57,979 bases of DNA from Pseudomonadota bacterium (GCA_029977665.1 JAPOKK010000001.1:1-57979); one strand, 5' to 3'; counted from the stretch's first letter, positions 40,509-50,940 are shown. Notes: generated by a model not told the origin, from the sequence alone. Made by a program: numbers and translations.

Positions 40509-40796
40509 TCAGGGTTTCTTCATGGCCTTGCGGATGCGCGCATAGCCCTCACCGAGCTCCTCGCCGAGCATGGCGAGGGCCGCGCCGACGTCCTTGGCGG
40601 CGGCGCCGGCGGCCTCGCCGACCTGGGCCGCGCGCGCTTCGAGTTCGGCCAGGCGTGGCTCGAGCTTTTCCCATTCCTCGCGCGCCTCGGCGCCGGCCAG
40701 ATGCAGCCTGACGCGGAGTTCGTCCCGCTCGGTACGCAGCTTCGCGAGCAGCTCGTTGGCCTCGGCGCGCAGGGACTCGGTCGATTTCGTTGTCAT
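40509..40796 (-). CDS. small coiled-coil protein of unknown function, 95 aa
   Basis: GGAGG lies upstream of the ATG at 40796. The sequence is a heptad-like Glu/Leu/Arg/Ala-rich helix. Confidence 0.5.
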   Translation of the reverse strand: MTTKSTESLRAEANELLAKLRTERDELRVRLHLAGAEAREEWEKLEPRLAELEARAAQVGEAAGAAAKDVGAALAMLGEELGEGYARIRKAMKKP

Positions 40797-40989
40797 GGAG
40801 CTAACCTCCGCGATGCGCTCGCGCACCGCTCCTCGAGTGATCGGCTTCGCAGTGCGCCGCACGCGTGCGCCGCGCCGCGCACCACGCATTCTCGCTGCGC
40901 CGTGGCACGACAACCCTGATCGGCGTCATCTGCGCCGCGCGCCGCGACGCTATGGTGTCGCCTTGCCGTCCCGCAACCTGGAGTCGCGC

Positions 40990-42174
40990 ATGTCCGGTTC
41001 AGCCCTGAAGATCGCGCACAACGTCGAGGGCATGACAATCTCAGTCATCAAGGAGATGGCCATGCGTGCGGCCGAGGTCCCGGGCGCGGTCTCGCTCGCC
41101 TGGGGCGTCCCTTCCTTCGCCACGCCCGCGCCGGTGCGCGCGGCCGTCGCCGCGGCATTCGACACCGACCCCACCGTCGGCCGCTACACCCTGCCGGACG
41201 GTTTGCCCGCGCTGCGCGAGCTGATTGCCCGGGTGCACGAGCGCGACACCGGCGTCGCCGTCGATCCCCATGACAACGTCCTCGTTACGGCCGGCAACAT
41301 GCAGGGCCTGAGCATCCTGTTTCATACCCTGCTCGACGCCGGCGACGAGGTCATCGTCACCGATCCGGGCTTCGCCTCCCATGTTCAGCAGATCAAGCTC
41401 TGCGGTGCGATCCCGCGCTACTGGGTACTCGACGAAGCGCGCGGCTGGCAGCTCGATCTCGACGCGCTGCCGGCACTCATCACGCCGCGCACGCGCGCCA
41501 TCGTCGTCGTTTCGCCGTCCAACCCGACCGGGCGCGTGTTCCCGCGCGAGGAACTGCTCGCGCTTGCGCGCATCGCCCGCGCCAACGGCCTCGTGATCAT
41601 CATCGACGATCCCTATTCCCGCTTCGTCTACGACAACGCCCCGTTCTACAACCTCGCCGGCGCCGCCGAGTTCCGCGACCACGTCGCCTACCTGTTCACC
41701 TTCTCCAAGGCCTACGCGATGAGTGGCTGGCGACTCGGTTACCTGATCGTGCCCGGCGCGCTCAAGCGCGAACTGCTCAAGGTGCACGATGCCAACCTGA
41801 TCTGTGCGCCGCACGTCAGCCAGGTCGCCGGACTCGCCGCCCTGGGCGCGGCCGAGCAACCGTGGCCCGCTTTCCGCGAAGCGCTCGCGCGCCGCCGCGC
41901 GCTGGTCGTCGAGCGTCTCGAGCGGCTGCCACACGTGTTCGCCTACCAGCTGCCGCAGGGTGCCTATTACGTCTTTCCGCGCATCACCGCACCGCACGAG
42001 AGCGCACGCGCGTTCGCGCTCGATCTGCTCGCCAAGGCACGCGTCAGCGTCACGCCGGGTTGTGGCTTTGGGCCGCACGGCGAACATCACGTGCGCATCG
42101 CCTACTGCGTCGACGAAGACACGATCAACGCGGGCTTCGACCGTATCGAGGCATACTACGGCAGCAGCGGCTGA
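40990..42174 (+). CDS. class I/II pyridoxal-phosphate-dependent aminotransferase, 394 aa
   Basis: PSNPTG, DDPYS and the PLP-lysine context FTFSKAYAMSGWRLGY are present. Confidence 0.88.
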   Translation: MSGSALKIAHNVEGMTISVIKEMAMRAAEVPGAVSLAWGVPSFATPAPVRAAVAAAFDTDPTVGRYTLPDGLPALRELIARVHERDTGVAVDPHDNVLVTAGNMQGLSILFHTLLDAGDEVIVTDPGFASHVQQIKLCGAIPRYWVLDEARGWQLDLDALPALITPRTRAIVVVSPSNPTGRVFPREELLALARIARANGLVIIIDDPYSRFVYDNAPFYNLAGAAEFRDHVAYLFTFSKAYAMSGWRLGYLIVPGALKRELLKVHDANLICAPHVSQVAGLAALGAAEQPWPAFREALARRRALVVERLERLPHVFAYQLPQGAYYVFPRITAPHESARAFALDLLAKARVSVTPGCGFGPHGEHHVRIAYCVDEDTINAGFDRIEAYYGSSG

Positions 42175-42218
42175 GCGTGGCGATGCCGCGTTAGAACACC
42201 AGCAGAACTTCGGGCAAG

Positions 42219-43193
42219 GTGATCAACGAAACTGGCAGCGCAGGTCCATCACACGGACCGACCGCCGACACGCGCCCGCGCCTGGTCGTCGCGCTCGGCG
42301 GCAATGCCCTGCTGCGCCACGGCCAGGCAGCCAACGCGGCGACGCAGCGCGAGAACGTACGCAACGCGGTCACCGCGCTGGCGCCCCTCGCGCACGACCA
42401 CGCCCTCGTCCTGACCCACGGCAACGGTCCGCAGGTCGGCCTGCTCGCGCTCGAACGCGCCGCCGGCAGCTACCCGCTCGACGTGCTCGATGCCGAGACC
42501 GAGGGCATGATCGGCTACCTCGTCGCGCAGGAGCTCGACAACGCGCTGGCACCGCACGCGCGCGCCGCGGCGCTGCTGACGCAGATTGTCGTGGCCGCCG
42601 ACGACCCCGCCTTCGGCGCACCGAGCAAGCCGATCGGACCGAGTTACTCCCGAGACGAAGCGCACGCACTCGCCACGCGCTTCGGCTGGACCATGCGCGA
42701 GGGCGCCGACGGCATGCGCCGGGCAGTCGCCTCGCCCCAGCCCCTGCGCATCGTCGAACGCGCCGTCATCGAACTGCTGCTCGAACATGGCGTGGTCGTC
42801 GTCTGTGCCGGTGGCGGCGGCATCCCGGTGCTCGAACGCGCCGATGGCACCCTCGCCGGCGTGGAAGCGGTGATCGACAAGGATCTCGCGAGCAGCCTGC
42901 TCGCGCGCGAACTCGGCGCCACGGCGCTGCTGCTGCTGACCGACGTCGACGCCGTGTACGCCGATTTCGGCACCCCGCAAGCGCGCGCCTGGCGCGAAGC
43001 CGGCGCCGCGACGCTGGCCGCGCAGACCTTCGCACCCGGCTCGATGGCGCCCAAGATCGCCGCGTGCCGCGAGTTCGTCGCTGCCGGTGGCGGCTTCGCC
43101 GCGATCGGGCGCCTCGACGCCGCCGCCGACATCCTCGCCGGACGGGCCGGTACCCGCATCCTCGCCGGAGGCGGGGCCGAACGCTGGTGGTAG
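42219..43193 (+). CDS. arcC: carbamate kinase, 324 aa
   Basis: VVALGGNALL, THGNGPQVG, GGGGIPV, VIDKDLAS and MAPKI are present. The start is GTG. Confidence 0.9.
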   Translation: MINETGSAGPSHGPTADTRPRLVVALGGNALLRHGQAANAATQRENVRNAVTALAPLAHDHALVLTHGNGPQVGLLALERAAGSYPLDVLDAETEGMIGYLVAQELDNALAPHARAAALLTQIVVAADDPAFGAPSKPIGPSYSRDEAHALATRFGWTMREGADGMRRAVASPQPLRIVERAVIELLLEHGVVVVCAGGGGIPVLERADGTLAGVEAVIDKDLASSLLARELGATALLLLTDVDAVYADFGTPQARAWREAGAATLAAQTFAPGSMAPKIAACREFVAAGGGFAAIGRLDAAADILAGRAGTRILAGGGAERWW

Positions 43194-43220
43194 AAGCCGG
43201 CGCCGCGCGCCGCGCGACGT

Positions 43221-44564
43221 TCAGCCGGATGCGAGTCCGCGCTCGACCAGGAAGCGCCGGACGATGGCTTCGAGCGTGCCGGGCACCCTCTCGGCGAACT
43301 CGTAGCGCGCACGCACCACGGGCTTGTCGAGCGCGATCAGGCGCGCGAGGTCGCAGGGCGTGCCCGACACCACCACTTCTGCTTCGCTCGCGTTGATGGT
43401 CGCGGCCAGCGCAGCGAGCTGCGCCGGCGAGTAACCCACCGCCGGCAGCACTTTGCCGATGTGCGGGTAGGCCGCGTAGACCGCGGCAATGGCGGGCGTC
43501 GCGGAATCACGCGGATCGACGATGTGCGCAGCCGCTGCCGCAGCCACGTAGCCGGCGCCATAGGCCATGCCGCCATGGGTCAGGGTGGGCCCGTCTTCGA
43601 CCACCAGCACGCGCCGGCCGGCCACGGCCGCGGCATCGTCGAGCACCACCGGCGAACGGGCGAGCACGAGCGCGGCAGCCGGATTGGCGTCCATGACAGC
43701 CTCGCGCACCGCGCGCACATCGGCTTGCGCCGCGGCATCAGTCTTGGCGACGATGACGACGTCGGCCATGCGCAGCACGGTCTCGCCCGGATGGTAGGCG
43801 GTCTCGTCGCCGGCGCGCAGCGGGTCGACCAGTACCAGGTGCAGGTCCGGGCGCAGGAACGGGTAATCATTGTTGCCGCCATCCCACACGATGACGTCGG
43901 CCTCGGCCTCGGCGCGTTCGAGGATGGCAGCGTAGTCGACCCCGGCATAGACCACTGAACCCGCCGCGATGTGCGGCTCGTATTCCTCGCGTTCCTCGAC
44001 CGTGCAATCGGCGGCGTCGATGTCGTCCAAACTCGCGAAGCGCTGCACCGCCTGGCGCGACAGGTCGCCGTAGGGCATCGGGTGGCGCAACGCGGCAACG
44101 GACAACCCGCCGGCGCCGAGCAGGCGCGTGAGCCAGCGCGCGGTCTGCGACTTGCCGCAGCCGGTGCGCACCGCCGAGATTGCGATGACCGGCCGGCGTG
44201 CCTGCAGCATCGTGCGCCGCGGACCGAGCAGCACGAAATCGGCACCCGCGGCGAGTGCGACCGAGGCCTGGTGCATGACCGTCGCATGGGTGACGTCGCT
44301 GTAGGCGAAGGCGACTTCGTCGATGGCACGCGCAGCGACCAGTTCGGCCAGCCCGGTAGCGTCGAGGATCGGAATGCCGTCCGGGTAACGCGGACCGGCG
44401 AGTTCGGGCGGATAGCGGCGCCCCGCGATGTCCGGGATCTGGGTCGCCGTGAACGCCACCACCTCGACGCCCGGATCGTCGCGGTAGACAGTGTTGAAGT
44501 CGTGAAAGTCACGGCCGGCCGCGCCCAGGATGACGACCCGGCGCCTCGCCTGCTGCTCGCTCAT
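43221..44564 (-). CDS. cyclic 2,3-diphosphoglycerate synthetase-like P-loop protein, 447 aa
   Basis: RRVVILGAAGRDFHDFN N-terminus and Walker A AVRTGCGKSQT are present. The overall pattern matches the cpgS-like family as I recall it. AAAGGAG lies upstream of the ATG. Confidence 0.65.
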   Translation of the reverse strand: MSEQQARRRVVILGAAGRDFHDFNTVYRDDPGVEVVAFTATQIPDIAGRRYPPELAGPRYPDGIPILDATGLAELVAARAIDEVAFAYSDVTHATVMHQASVALAAGADFVLLGPRRTMLQARRPVIAISAVRTGCGKSQTARWLTRLLGAGGLSVAALRHPMPYGDLSRQAVQRFASLDDIDAADCTVEEREEYEPHIAAGSVVYAGVDYAAILERAEAEADVIVWDGGNNDYPFLRPDLHLVLVDPLRAGDETAYHPGETVLRMADVVIVAKTDAAAQADVRAVREAVMDANPAAALVLARSPVVLDDAAAVAGRRVLVVEDGPTLTHGGMAYGAGYVAAAAAAHIVDPRDSATPAIAAVYAAYPHIGKVLPAVGYSPAQLAALAATINASEAEVVVSGTPCDLARLIALDKPVVRARYEFAERVPGTLEAIVRRFLVERGLASG

Positions 44565-44601
44565 GGCATCTTTCTCCTTTCGCTCGTGGTGCCGCCCACG
44601 C

Positions 44602-45663
44602 TCACGGCGCATCCGGCACGACGACCTGCTCGCCCGCATCGAGGCCACTGAGCACCTCGACCGTGCCATCGGCCGCACTGCGGCCGCTGCGCACGAAACG
44701 GCGCTCGGTCGCATCCGCGGTGCGCACGCTGACGTATTCGAGCTGACCGACGCGCATCACGGCCGCGGCCGGAATGCGCAGCTCACGGACCTGCCCGGTC
44801 GGAATCGCGACGCGCCCGTACATGCCGGGATACAGCCCGCGCGCCTCGCCGAGCGTCAACTTGACGACGAAACTGCGCGAGCCGGGATCGGCCGAAGGTA
44901 CGATCTCCTCGATCGCCGCTCGGCGTTGCTCGCCGGTGGCATCGATGTGGACGTCGAGGCTGTCGCCGACGGCGAGGCTCGCCGCGAGCGATTCGCGCAC
45001 GTCGGCCTCGAGCCTGAGTGCCGACGGATCGTAGAGCTTGAGCAGCGGGGTCCCCGGTACCGCGGTGTCGCCGGGCTCCGCGTAGCGCTCGACCACGCGG
45101 CCGTCGAGCGTCGCGGTGATCTCGGCGTAGCTCGCTGCCGAGCGCGCCTCGGCCAGCGCTTCGCGCGCGCGCTCGAGCTCGGCCTCGGCCGCGCGCAGGG
45201 CAGCCAGCGCACGTTCGAGTTCCGCCGTCGAGGCGGCCCGCTGCGCCGCGAGGCGCTCGGTGCGGGCATGATGCGAGCGCGCTTCGGCGAGGCGCGCCTG
45301 TGCGCTCGCCACCGCCTGGCCGGCCTGTTCGACGCGCGCGCCCTGCTCGCGCGCGTCGAGCTCGACGAGCAGCTGCCCGCTGCGCACGCTGTCACCGGCG
45401 CGCACGTGGATGGCGCGGATGCTCGCCATCATGCGCGCCGAGACGATGGTCTCGTTGCGCGCGCGCACGGTGCCGGTGGCGTATTCGAATCGCTCGCGTT
45501 CGACCAGTGCCACCGGCACGCTGTCACCTGCCGCTGCCGCCGGCGGCGGCGCGTAGCTGCCGGGCTCAATGGTGTCGGAGAACCAGCCCGCGAGCCAGGC
45601 CATCATCACGGCCAGCAGGGCGAGCGCCAGGACCATGCCGGTCAGGCGTTTGATCGCTGTCAT
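44602..45663 (-). CDS. RND efflux periplasmic adaptor (membrane-fusion protein), 353 aa
   Basis: The N-terminal anchor is LTGMVLALALLAVMMAWLAGW. A coiled-coil is present (AQARLAEARSHHARTERLAAQRAASTAELERALAALRAAEAELERAREAL). ATGA overlap with the pump stop. Confidence 0.88.
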   Translation of the reverse strand: MTAIKRLTGMVLALALLAVMMAWLAGWFSDTIEPGSYAPPPAAAAGDSVPVALVERERFEYATGTVRARNETIVSARMMASIRAIHVRAGDSVRSGQLLVELDAREQGARVEQAGQAVASAQARLAEARSHHARTERLAAQRAASTAELERALAALRAAEAELERAREALAEARSAASYAEITATLDGRVVERYAEPGDTAVPGTPLLKLYDPSALRLEADVRESLAASLAVGDSLDVHIDATGEQRRAAIEEIVPSADPGSRSFVVKLTLGEARGLYPGMYGRVAIPTGQVRELRIPAAAVMRVGQLEYVSVRTADATERRFVRSGRSAADGTVEVLSGLDAGEQVVVPDAP

Positions 45664-48600
45664 GCGTGCACCTCGGGAGCGCTGGACACGGCCGCGTCGT
45701 CGCGACCGTAGACGAGGAAGTACACCACCGGCACGACGGCGAGCGTGAACAGCGTCGAAGCGGCGATGCCGAAGATGATGCACCACGCGAGACCACTGAA
45801 GATCGGGTCGAGCGTGATGACGAGATTGCCGAGCAGCGTCGTGCCGGCAGTGAGCAGCACCGGGCGCATGCGCACCGCCCCGGCCTCGACCAGCGCGTCG
45901 GCGAGAGCCAGGCCGCGGGCCTGGGCGAGACGCACGAACTCGACCAGGATGAGCGAATTGCGCACCACGATACCGGCGAGCGCGATCATGCCGATCATCG
46001 CCGTGGCCGTGAACAGCACCGGGTCGGGAAGACCCGCGATGCTGCGCGTACCGAGCTGGTTGAGCAACCAGAATCCCGGCATGACACCGATCAGCGTAAG
46101 CGGAATCGCCGACATGATGATGGCGGCCAGCACCGCGGAGCGCGTCTCGACATAAAGCACGAGAAAGATCCCGACCAGCGCGGCGGCGAAGGCCAGCCCC
46201 ATGTCGCGGAACACGCGCAAGGTGATCTGCCACTCACCCTCGCCGTTCCACACCGCCTGCACGCCATCGGGCAGCGACCACGCCATGCCGCCGCCGTTGG
46301 CGAGAAAGCTGCGCCCGGCGAGTGGGCGCGGCGCGGCATCCGCATCGATCTCACCGGGCGAACCTGCCGCCACGAGGTCGGCCGCGACGTCGGCGATGAC
46401 CGCCGCCGGCGGCCGTCCGGCGAGTTCCGCGTAGGCATAGGCGACCGGCCGCAGGTTCTTGTGGTAGATGGTCTGATCGCGCGTTTCGCTGACGAAGCGG
46501 CCGATCTCGCCGAGCTGTACGAGCGGTTGCGGCGCGTCGACGATGCCGGCCGCGGTACGTTCGCGCACGATGCCGGGACGCCCCTTGACGTACAGCGAGC
46601 GCAACGCGCTCTCGTCGCTGCGCGCGGCCAGCGGCAGGCGCAGCTCGATCGGCAGCGGCTGCGCTTCGCTCGGGATCTGCAACTGCCCGGCGACGTGACC
46701 GTCGACGGCCAGCGCCACGGTCTGCGCGACGTCGGCACGGCTGACACCCGAAAGCGCCGCCTTGCGCTGGTCGACGGCGAACCGCTCGCGGCGCTGCGGC
46801 GCCTCGTTCGAGGTATCGACGTCGACCACCAGCGGCTCGCGCGCGAGGCGTGCCGCGACTACCTCGGCCGCGGCCGCGAGGGTGGCGTACGGCGTCACCG
46901 GCTCGCCGTAGAGTTCGACCGCTAGCGTCGCGATGACCGGGGGCCCGGGCGGCACCTCGACCAGCTTGACGTTGGCGCCGTGCGCGGTGGCGATCGCGGC
47001 GATGTCCTCGCGCAGGCGCAGAGCCACCGCATGCGACTGCGCGGCGCGGGCGTGACGCGGTGCCAGCGTCACGCGCAGGTCCGCGACGTGCGCGCCCTCG
47101 CGCAGGTAGTAGTGGCGCACCAGGCCATTGAAGTCCATCGGCGACGCGAGCCCGACGTAGCCTGCGACTTCGCGTACCTCGGCGACCTGCATCAGGCGCG
47201 CTGCAAGCGCCGCACTGACCGCTTCGGTCGTCTCCAGGGTGGTCCCTTCGGGCATGTCGATGACGAGCTGCAGCTCGTCCTTGTTGTCGAAGGGCAGCAG
47301 CTTCAGCGGCACTGCGCGCAGCGCCGGCAGCGCGCAGGCGGCGAGAAACAGCACAACCACGACGCCGAGGAAACTCCAGGCACGCGCCCGCGAGGCGAGC
47401 AGCGGTGCGAGCAACGCGCGGTAGCCGCGGCGCACCGCGCTGTCCGCGTCATCGCGGGGAGCACCGGGGTGCCGCGGCGGCAACAGTTTCGAGGCCAGCC
47501 ACGGCGTGACCAGGAAGGCGACCAGCGTGCTCACCGTCACGCTGACCGGCACGTTGAACGCCATCGGCGCCATGTACGGCCCCATCATGCCGGTGATGAA
47601 GGCCAGCGGCGCGAAGGCCAGGATGATGGCAATGGTCGACATGACGAGCGCACCGCGGATCTCGGTCATGGCGCGCGCGATGGTGTCGACGCGATCGCGA
47701 GCGCCTTCGCGCAGGAAGCGCTCGATGTTGTCGATGCCGGTGATGGGATCGTCGACGAGCAGGCCGAGCGCGAGAATCAGCGCGAACAGGGTGACGCGAT
47801 TGATCGTGTAGCCGAACGCGTAGTCGAGCGCGAGCGTCGCGCCGTAGCACACGGGAATCGCGAGCGCGACGACGATGGCCGGGCGCGCGCCGATGAACAT
47901 GCCGATGAAGAGCACCACCGTGACGACCGCGGTGACCAGGCTGGTCACGAGTTCGTCGACCTTCGCGTCGGCCGTGCGGCCATAATCCCGGATCACGCGG
48001 TAGCCGACCTCGCCCGGCAGCAGGTCCGCGGCGAGACGTTCGAGGTAGCGGTGCACGTCGCGCGCGACCCACACGGCGTTCGCGCCCTTCTGCTTGGCGA
48101 CCGCGATGGTGACGGACGGGTAACGCGTTCCCGGGGCGCCGCCGCCCTGCGCGGCGGGGCCGAAGCCGAGCCAGGTATAGCTGCCCACTTCGGCCGGGCC
48201 GTCGCTGACGCGGGCGACATCGCCGAGCGCTACCGGTACGCCGTTGACGACGTTGACGACGAGCGTGGCGAGCTCGGCGGCGTCGCGCACGAAATCACCC
48301 GCTTCGACCAGGATGGCCTCGTTGGCGCGCGCGACGGTGCCCGCATCGAGACGCAGGTTGGACACCGCCAGCGCCTGCGCCACTTCGAGCGGCGTGGTGT
48401 CGCGCGCGGCCAGGGCCTGGGCGTCGAGTTCGACGCGGATGCGCCGTGGTCGTCCGCCGACCACGCTGACGCGGTTGGTGTCATCGATGGCCTTGAGCCC
48501 CTGCACCATTTCCTCGGCGAGGCGGCGCAGCGCGTGATCGTCGGTTCGTTCCGGGTCATCGCTCCACAGTGCGATCATGACGATGGGCACGTCGTCGATC

Positions 48601-49028
48601 TCGACCGGCTTGACCACCCACGAGGCCACCGCCGGCGGCACCGTGTCGAGATTGGAGTGGATCTTGTTGTAGACCTTGACCAGCGAGTTCTCGCGATGCT
48701 CGCCGACGTGGAAACGCACGGTGACGACCGCCTCGCCGCGGCGCGACATCGAGTAGACGTGCTCGACGCCGTCAATCTGGGCGAGCAGTTTCTCCAGCGG
48801 CGTGGCGACCTGGCGCTCGACCTGGCCCGCGGACAGGCCCGGTGCACGGATCAGCACATCGGCCAGCGGCACCACGATCTGCGGCTCCTCCTCGCGCGGC
48901 GTCAGCGCGAGCGCGATGGCGCCGAGCAGCAGGGCGGCGAGCATGACGAGCGGCGGCAGCGGGCTGGTCATCACGCGCGCCAGCCAGCCGCGCTGCGCGT
49001 CCGCCCCGCTCCCGGCGCTGCCGTTCAT
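45660..49028 (-). CDS. RND efflux transporter permease (AcrB family), 1122 aa
   Basis: RND architecture with the LGLLVDDPI motif. The start is taken at MNGSAG (49028), with GGGGAGGTAGGG upstream. Confidence 0.9.
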   Translation of the reverse strand: MNGSAGSGADAQRGWLARVMTSPLPPLVMLAALLLGAIALALTPREEEPQIVVPLADVLIRAPGLSAGQVERQVATPLEKLLAQIDGVEHVYSMSRRGEAVVTVRFHVGEHRENSLVKVYNKIHSNLDTVPPAVASWVVKPVEIDDVPIVMIALWSDDPERTDDHALRRLAEEMVQGLKAIDDTNRVSVVGGRPRRIRVELDAQALAARDTTPLEVAQALAVSNLRLDAGTVARANEAILVEAGDFVRDAAELATLVVNVVNGVPVALGDVARVSDGPAEVGSYTWLGFGPAAQGGGAPGTRYPSVTIAVAKQKGANAVWVARDVHRYLERLAADLLPGEVGYRVIRDYGRTADAKVDELVTSLVTAVVTVVLFIGMFIGARPAIVVALAIPVCYGATLALDYAFGYTINRVTLFALILALGLLVDDPITGIDNIERFLREGARDRVDTIARAMTEIRGALVMSTIAIILAFAPLAFITGMMGPYMAPMAFNVPVSVTVSTLVAFLVTPWLASKLLPPRHPGAPRDDADSAVRRGYRALLAPLLASRARAWSFLGVVVVLFLAACALPALRAVPLKLLPFDNKDELQLVIDMPEGTTLETTEAVSAALAARLMQVAEVREVAGYVGLASPMDFNGLVRHYYLREGAHVADLRVTLAPRHARAAQSHAVALRLREDIAAIATAHGANVKLVEVPPGPPVIATLAVELYGEPVTPYATLAAAAEVVAARLAREPLVVDVDTSNEAPQRRERFAVDQRKAALSGVSRADVAQTVALAVDGHVAGQLQIPSEAQPLPIELRLPLAARSDESALRSLYVKGRPGIVRERTAAGIVDAPQPLVQLGEIGRFVSETRDQTIYHKNLRPVAYAYAELAGRPPAAVIADVAADLVAAGSPGEIDADAAPRPLAGRSFLANGGGMAWSLPDGVQAVWNGEGEWQITLRVFRDMGLAFAAALVGIFLVLYVETRSAVLAAIIMSAIPLTLIGVMPGFWLLNQLGTRSIAGLPDPVLFTATAMIGMIALAGIVVRNSLILVEFVRLAQARGLALADALVEAGAVRMRPVLLTAGTTLLGNLVITLDPIFSGLAWCIIFGIAASTLFTLAVVPVVYFLVYGRDDAAVSSAPEVHA

Positions 49029-49192
49029 CCCTACCTCCCCGGCCACGCATCGTGGTGGCGTCGTCGGCGCCACTATAACGTTCCGCGCCGCGCGCGGCGT
49101 GATCCAGCTCAGGGGCGCGGGGCGGGGGGCACGTGCACCCCCTGCCTTGCTATCATCGGCCGAAATGTGGCGCAGCCACGAGGAGGAGAGTT

Positions 49193-50287
49193 ATGGAAAT
49201 CGGACTGCAATTCATTTTCCAGAATACGCACGAGGGGATGTCGGATGCCGAGATGATGCGCAAGGAGACGGAGATCGCGCTCCTCGCGGAAGAGGTCGGC
49301 ATGGACTTCCTGCTCCTGCCCGAGCATCACTTCGACCCCAACTACTCGATGATGCCGGACAACACCCAATGGCTGGCCTACATCGCCGGCAAGACCAACC
49401 GCATCAAGATCGGTACCGGCGCGATCATCCTGCCGTGGCACGAGAACCCGACGCGCGTGGCCGAGCGCATCATCCTCCTGCAGATCCTGCTCGGCGACCG
49501 TTTCATGCTCGGTTTCGGCCGCGGCCTCGCGCGCGAGGAGTACCGCGCATTCGGCATCGACATGGGGACCTCGCGCCAGCGCTTCGACCAGGCGGCCGAG
49601 ATCATCCTCGACATTCTCGACAGCGGCGTCGCCGAGTACGAGACCGAGTTCTTCAAGCAATCACGCACCGAGGTCACGCCCAAGCCCGTACACGGCTATC
49701 GCGACCGCGAGTTCCTGTCCGTCGCGATGACGCCGGAATCGGGCCAGGCCGCGGCCAATCTCGGCGCGACGATGATGTCGTTCGTGCAGCTGCCGTGGGA
49801 TCAGCACAACGCGGCGGTCGAAGCGTGGCGTGCGCGCTTCCGCGAAGTGCATCCCGGCAAGACACCGGGCGCGCCCGCGTTCTCCGATTTCACCTACTGC
49901 CACGAGGATCCGAAAGTCGCCGAGCAGGTCGCGCGCGAGTACCTGTCCAAGTACTACCTGAGCGTGATCCGGCATTACGACTTCGACGGCTCGCACTGGG
50001 GCGAGACGCAGGGCTACCAGGCCTACCAGGCCGGTGCGAGCGCCATCCAGGAAGCCGGCATCGAAGCGGCCTGCGAGGCCTTCGTGCAGAACCAGGCGTG
50101 GGGCACGCCGGACCAGATCGTCGAGAAGTGGGAGAAGCGCGTCGCCATGACCGGCGAGCTGCGCCCGGCGATGGCGGTGTCCTATGCCGGCATGCCGTTC
50201 GACATGGTCGCCGACAGCCTGCGCCTCATCGGCGCGAAGGTCGCACCGCGGCTGCGCAAGCTCGGCGCCGAGCGCAAGGTCGCCTGA
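49193..50287 (+). CDS. luciferase-like (LLM class) flavin-dependent oxidoreductase, 364 aa
   Basis: The N-terminus MEIGLQFIFQN...LLLPEHHF is typical of LLM proteins. AGGAGGAG lies upstream of the ATG. Confidence 0.82.
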   Translation: MEIGLQFIFQNTHEGMSDAEMMRKETEIALLAEEVGMDFLLLPEHHFDPNYSMMPDNTQWLAYIAGKTNRIKIGTGAIILPWHENPTRVAERIILLQILLGDRFMLGFGRGLAREEYRAFGIDMGTSRQRFDQAAEIILDILDSGVAEYETEFFKQSRTEVTPKPVHGYRDREFLSVAMTPESGQAAANLGATMMSFVQLPWDQHNAAVEAWRARFREVHPGKTPGAPAFSDFTYCHEDPKVAEQVAREYLSKYYLSVIRHYDFDGSHWGETQGYQAYQAGASAIQEAGIEAACEAFVQNQAWGTPDQIVEKWEKRVAMTGELRPAMAVSYAGMPFDMVADSLRLIGAKVAPRLRKLGAERKVA

Positions 50288-50335
50288 GCGGGAAGACCTT
50301 CCGCGCGCGGCGCCACCTCGCGGGCGTCGCGCGCT

Positions 50336-50827
50336 TCAACGACGACCGATGTCGTCCAGCGCCTGCTGCAGGCGCAGTTCGTCGAGCGCGGCGAACGGCA
50401 GGTTGACGAACAGGCCGATACGCCGCTCGATCTCGGCAAATGCCGTGCGAAAGCGTTGCAGTCGGGCGAGCTCGTCGCCGCCGTCGCGTGCCGGGTCGGC
50501 AATACCCCAGTGCGCCGTCATCGGCTGGCCGGGCCATACCGGGCAGGTTTCGGCGGCCGCACGGTCGCAGACCGTAAAGACGAAATCGAGGCGCGGCGCG
50601 TCGGCCGCGGCGAATTCGTCCCAGCTCTTGGAACGCAGTCCGGCGGTCGAAAATTCGAGCCGCTCAAGCAGTTCGAGCACCGTCGGATTGACCGCCCCGG
50701 CGGGGTGACTGCCGGCGCTGAAAGCGGCGAAACGCGTCGGCGCGGTGCGCGCGAGGATTGCCTCCGCCATGATGCTGCGCGCCGAGTTGGCGGTGCACAG
50801 AAACAGGACATGGAACTTCTCGCGCAT
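50336..50827 (-). CDS. arsC: arsenate reductase, LMW-PTPase (thioredoxin-coupled) type, 163 aa
   Basis: VLFLCTANSARSIMAEA is the CX5R P-loop. The TVCD...CP cysteine pair is present. Confidence 0.85.
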   Translation of the reverse strand: MREKFHVLFLCTANSARSIMAEAILARTAPTRFAAFSAGSHPAGAVNPTVLELLERLEFSTAGLRSKSWDEFAAADAPRLDFVFTVCDRAAAETCPVWPGQPMTAHWGIADPARDGGDELARLQRFRTAFAEIERRIGLFVNLPFAALDELRLQQALDDIGRR

Positions 50828-50940
50828 CGATGTCGCCCTCCCACGGCGCCACGTCTCGCGTCACCCTGCCAGAGCGATATGACAGTTGTGCTTGCGCAGA
50901 CGCCCCGAGGAGCGGCGCTGGCACCTTGACCGCGGGACCG

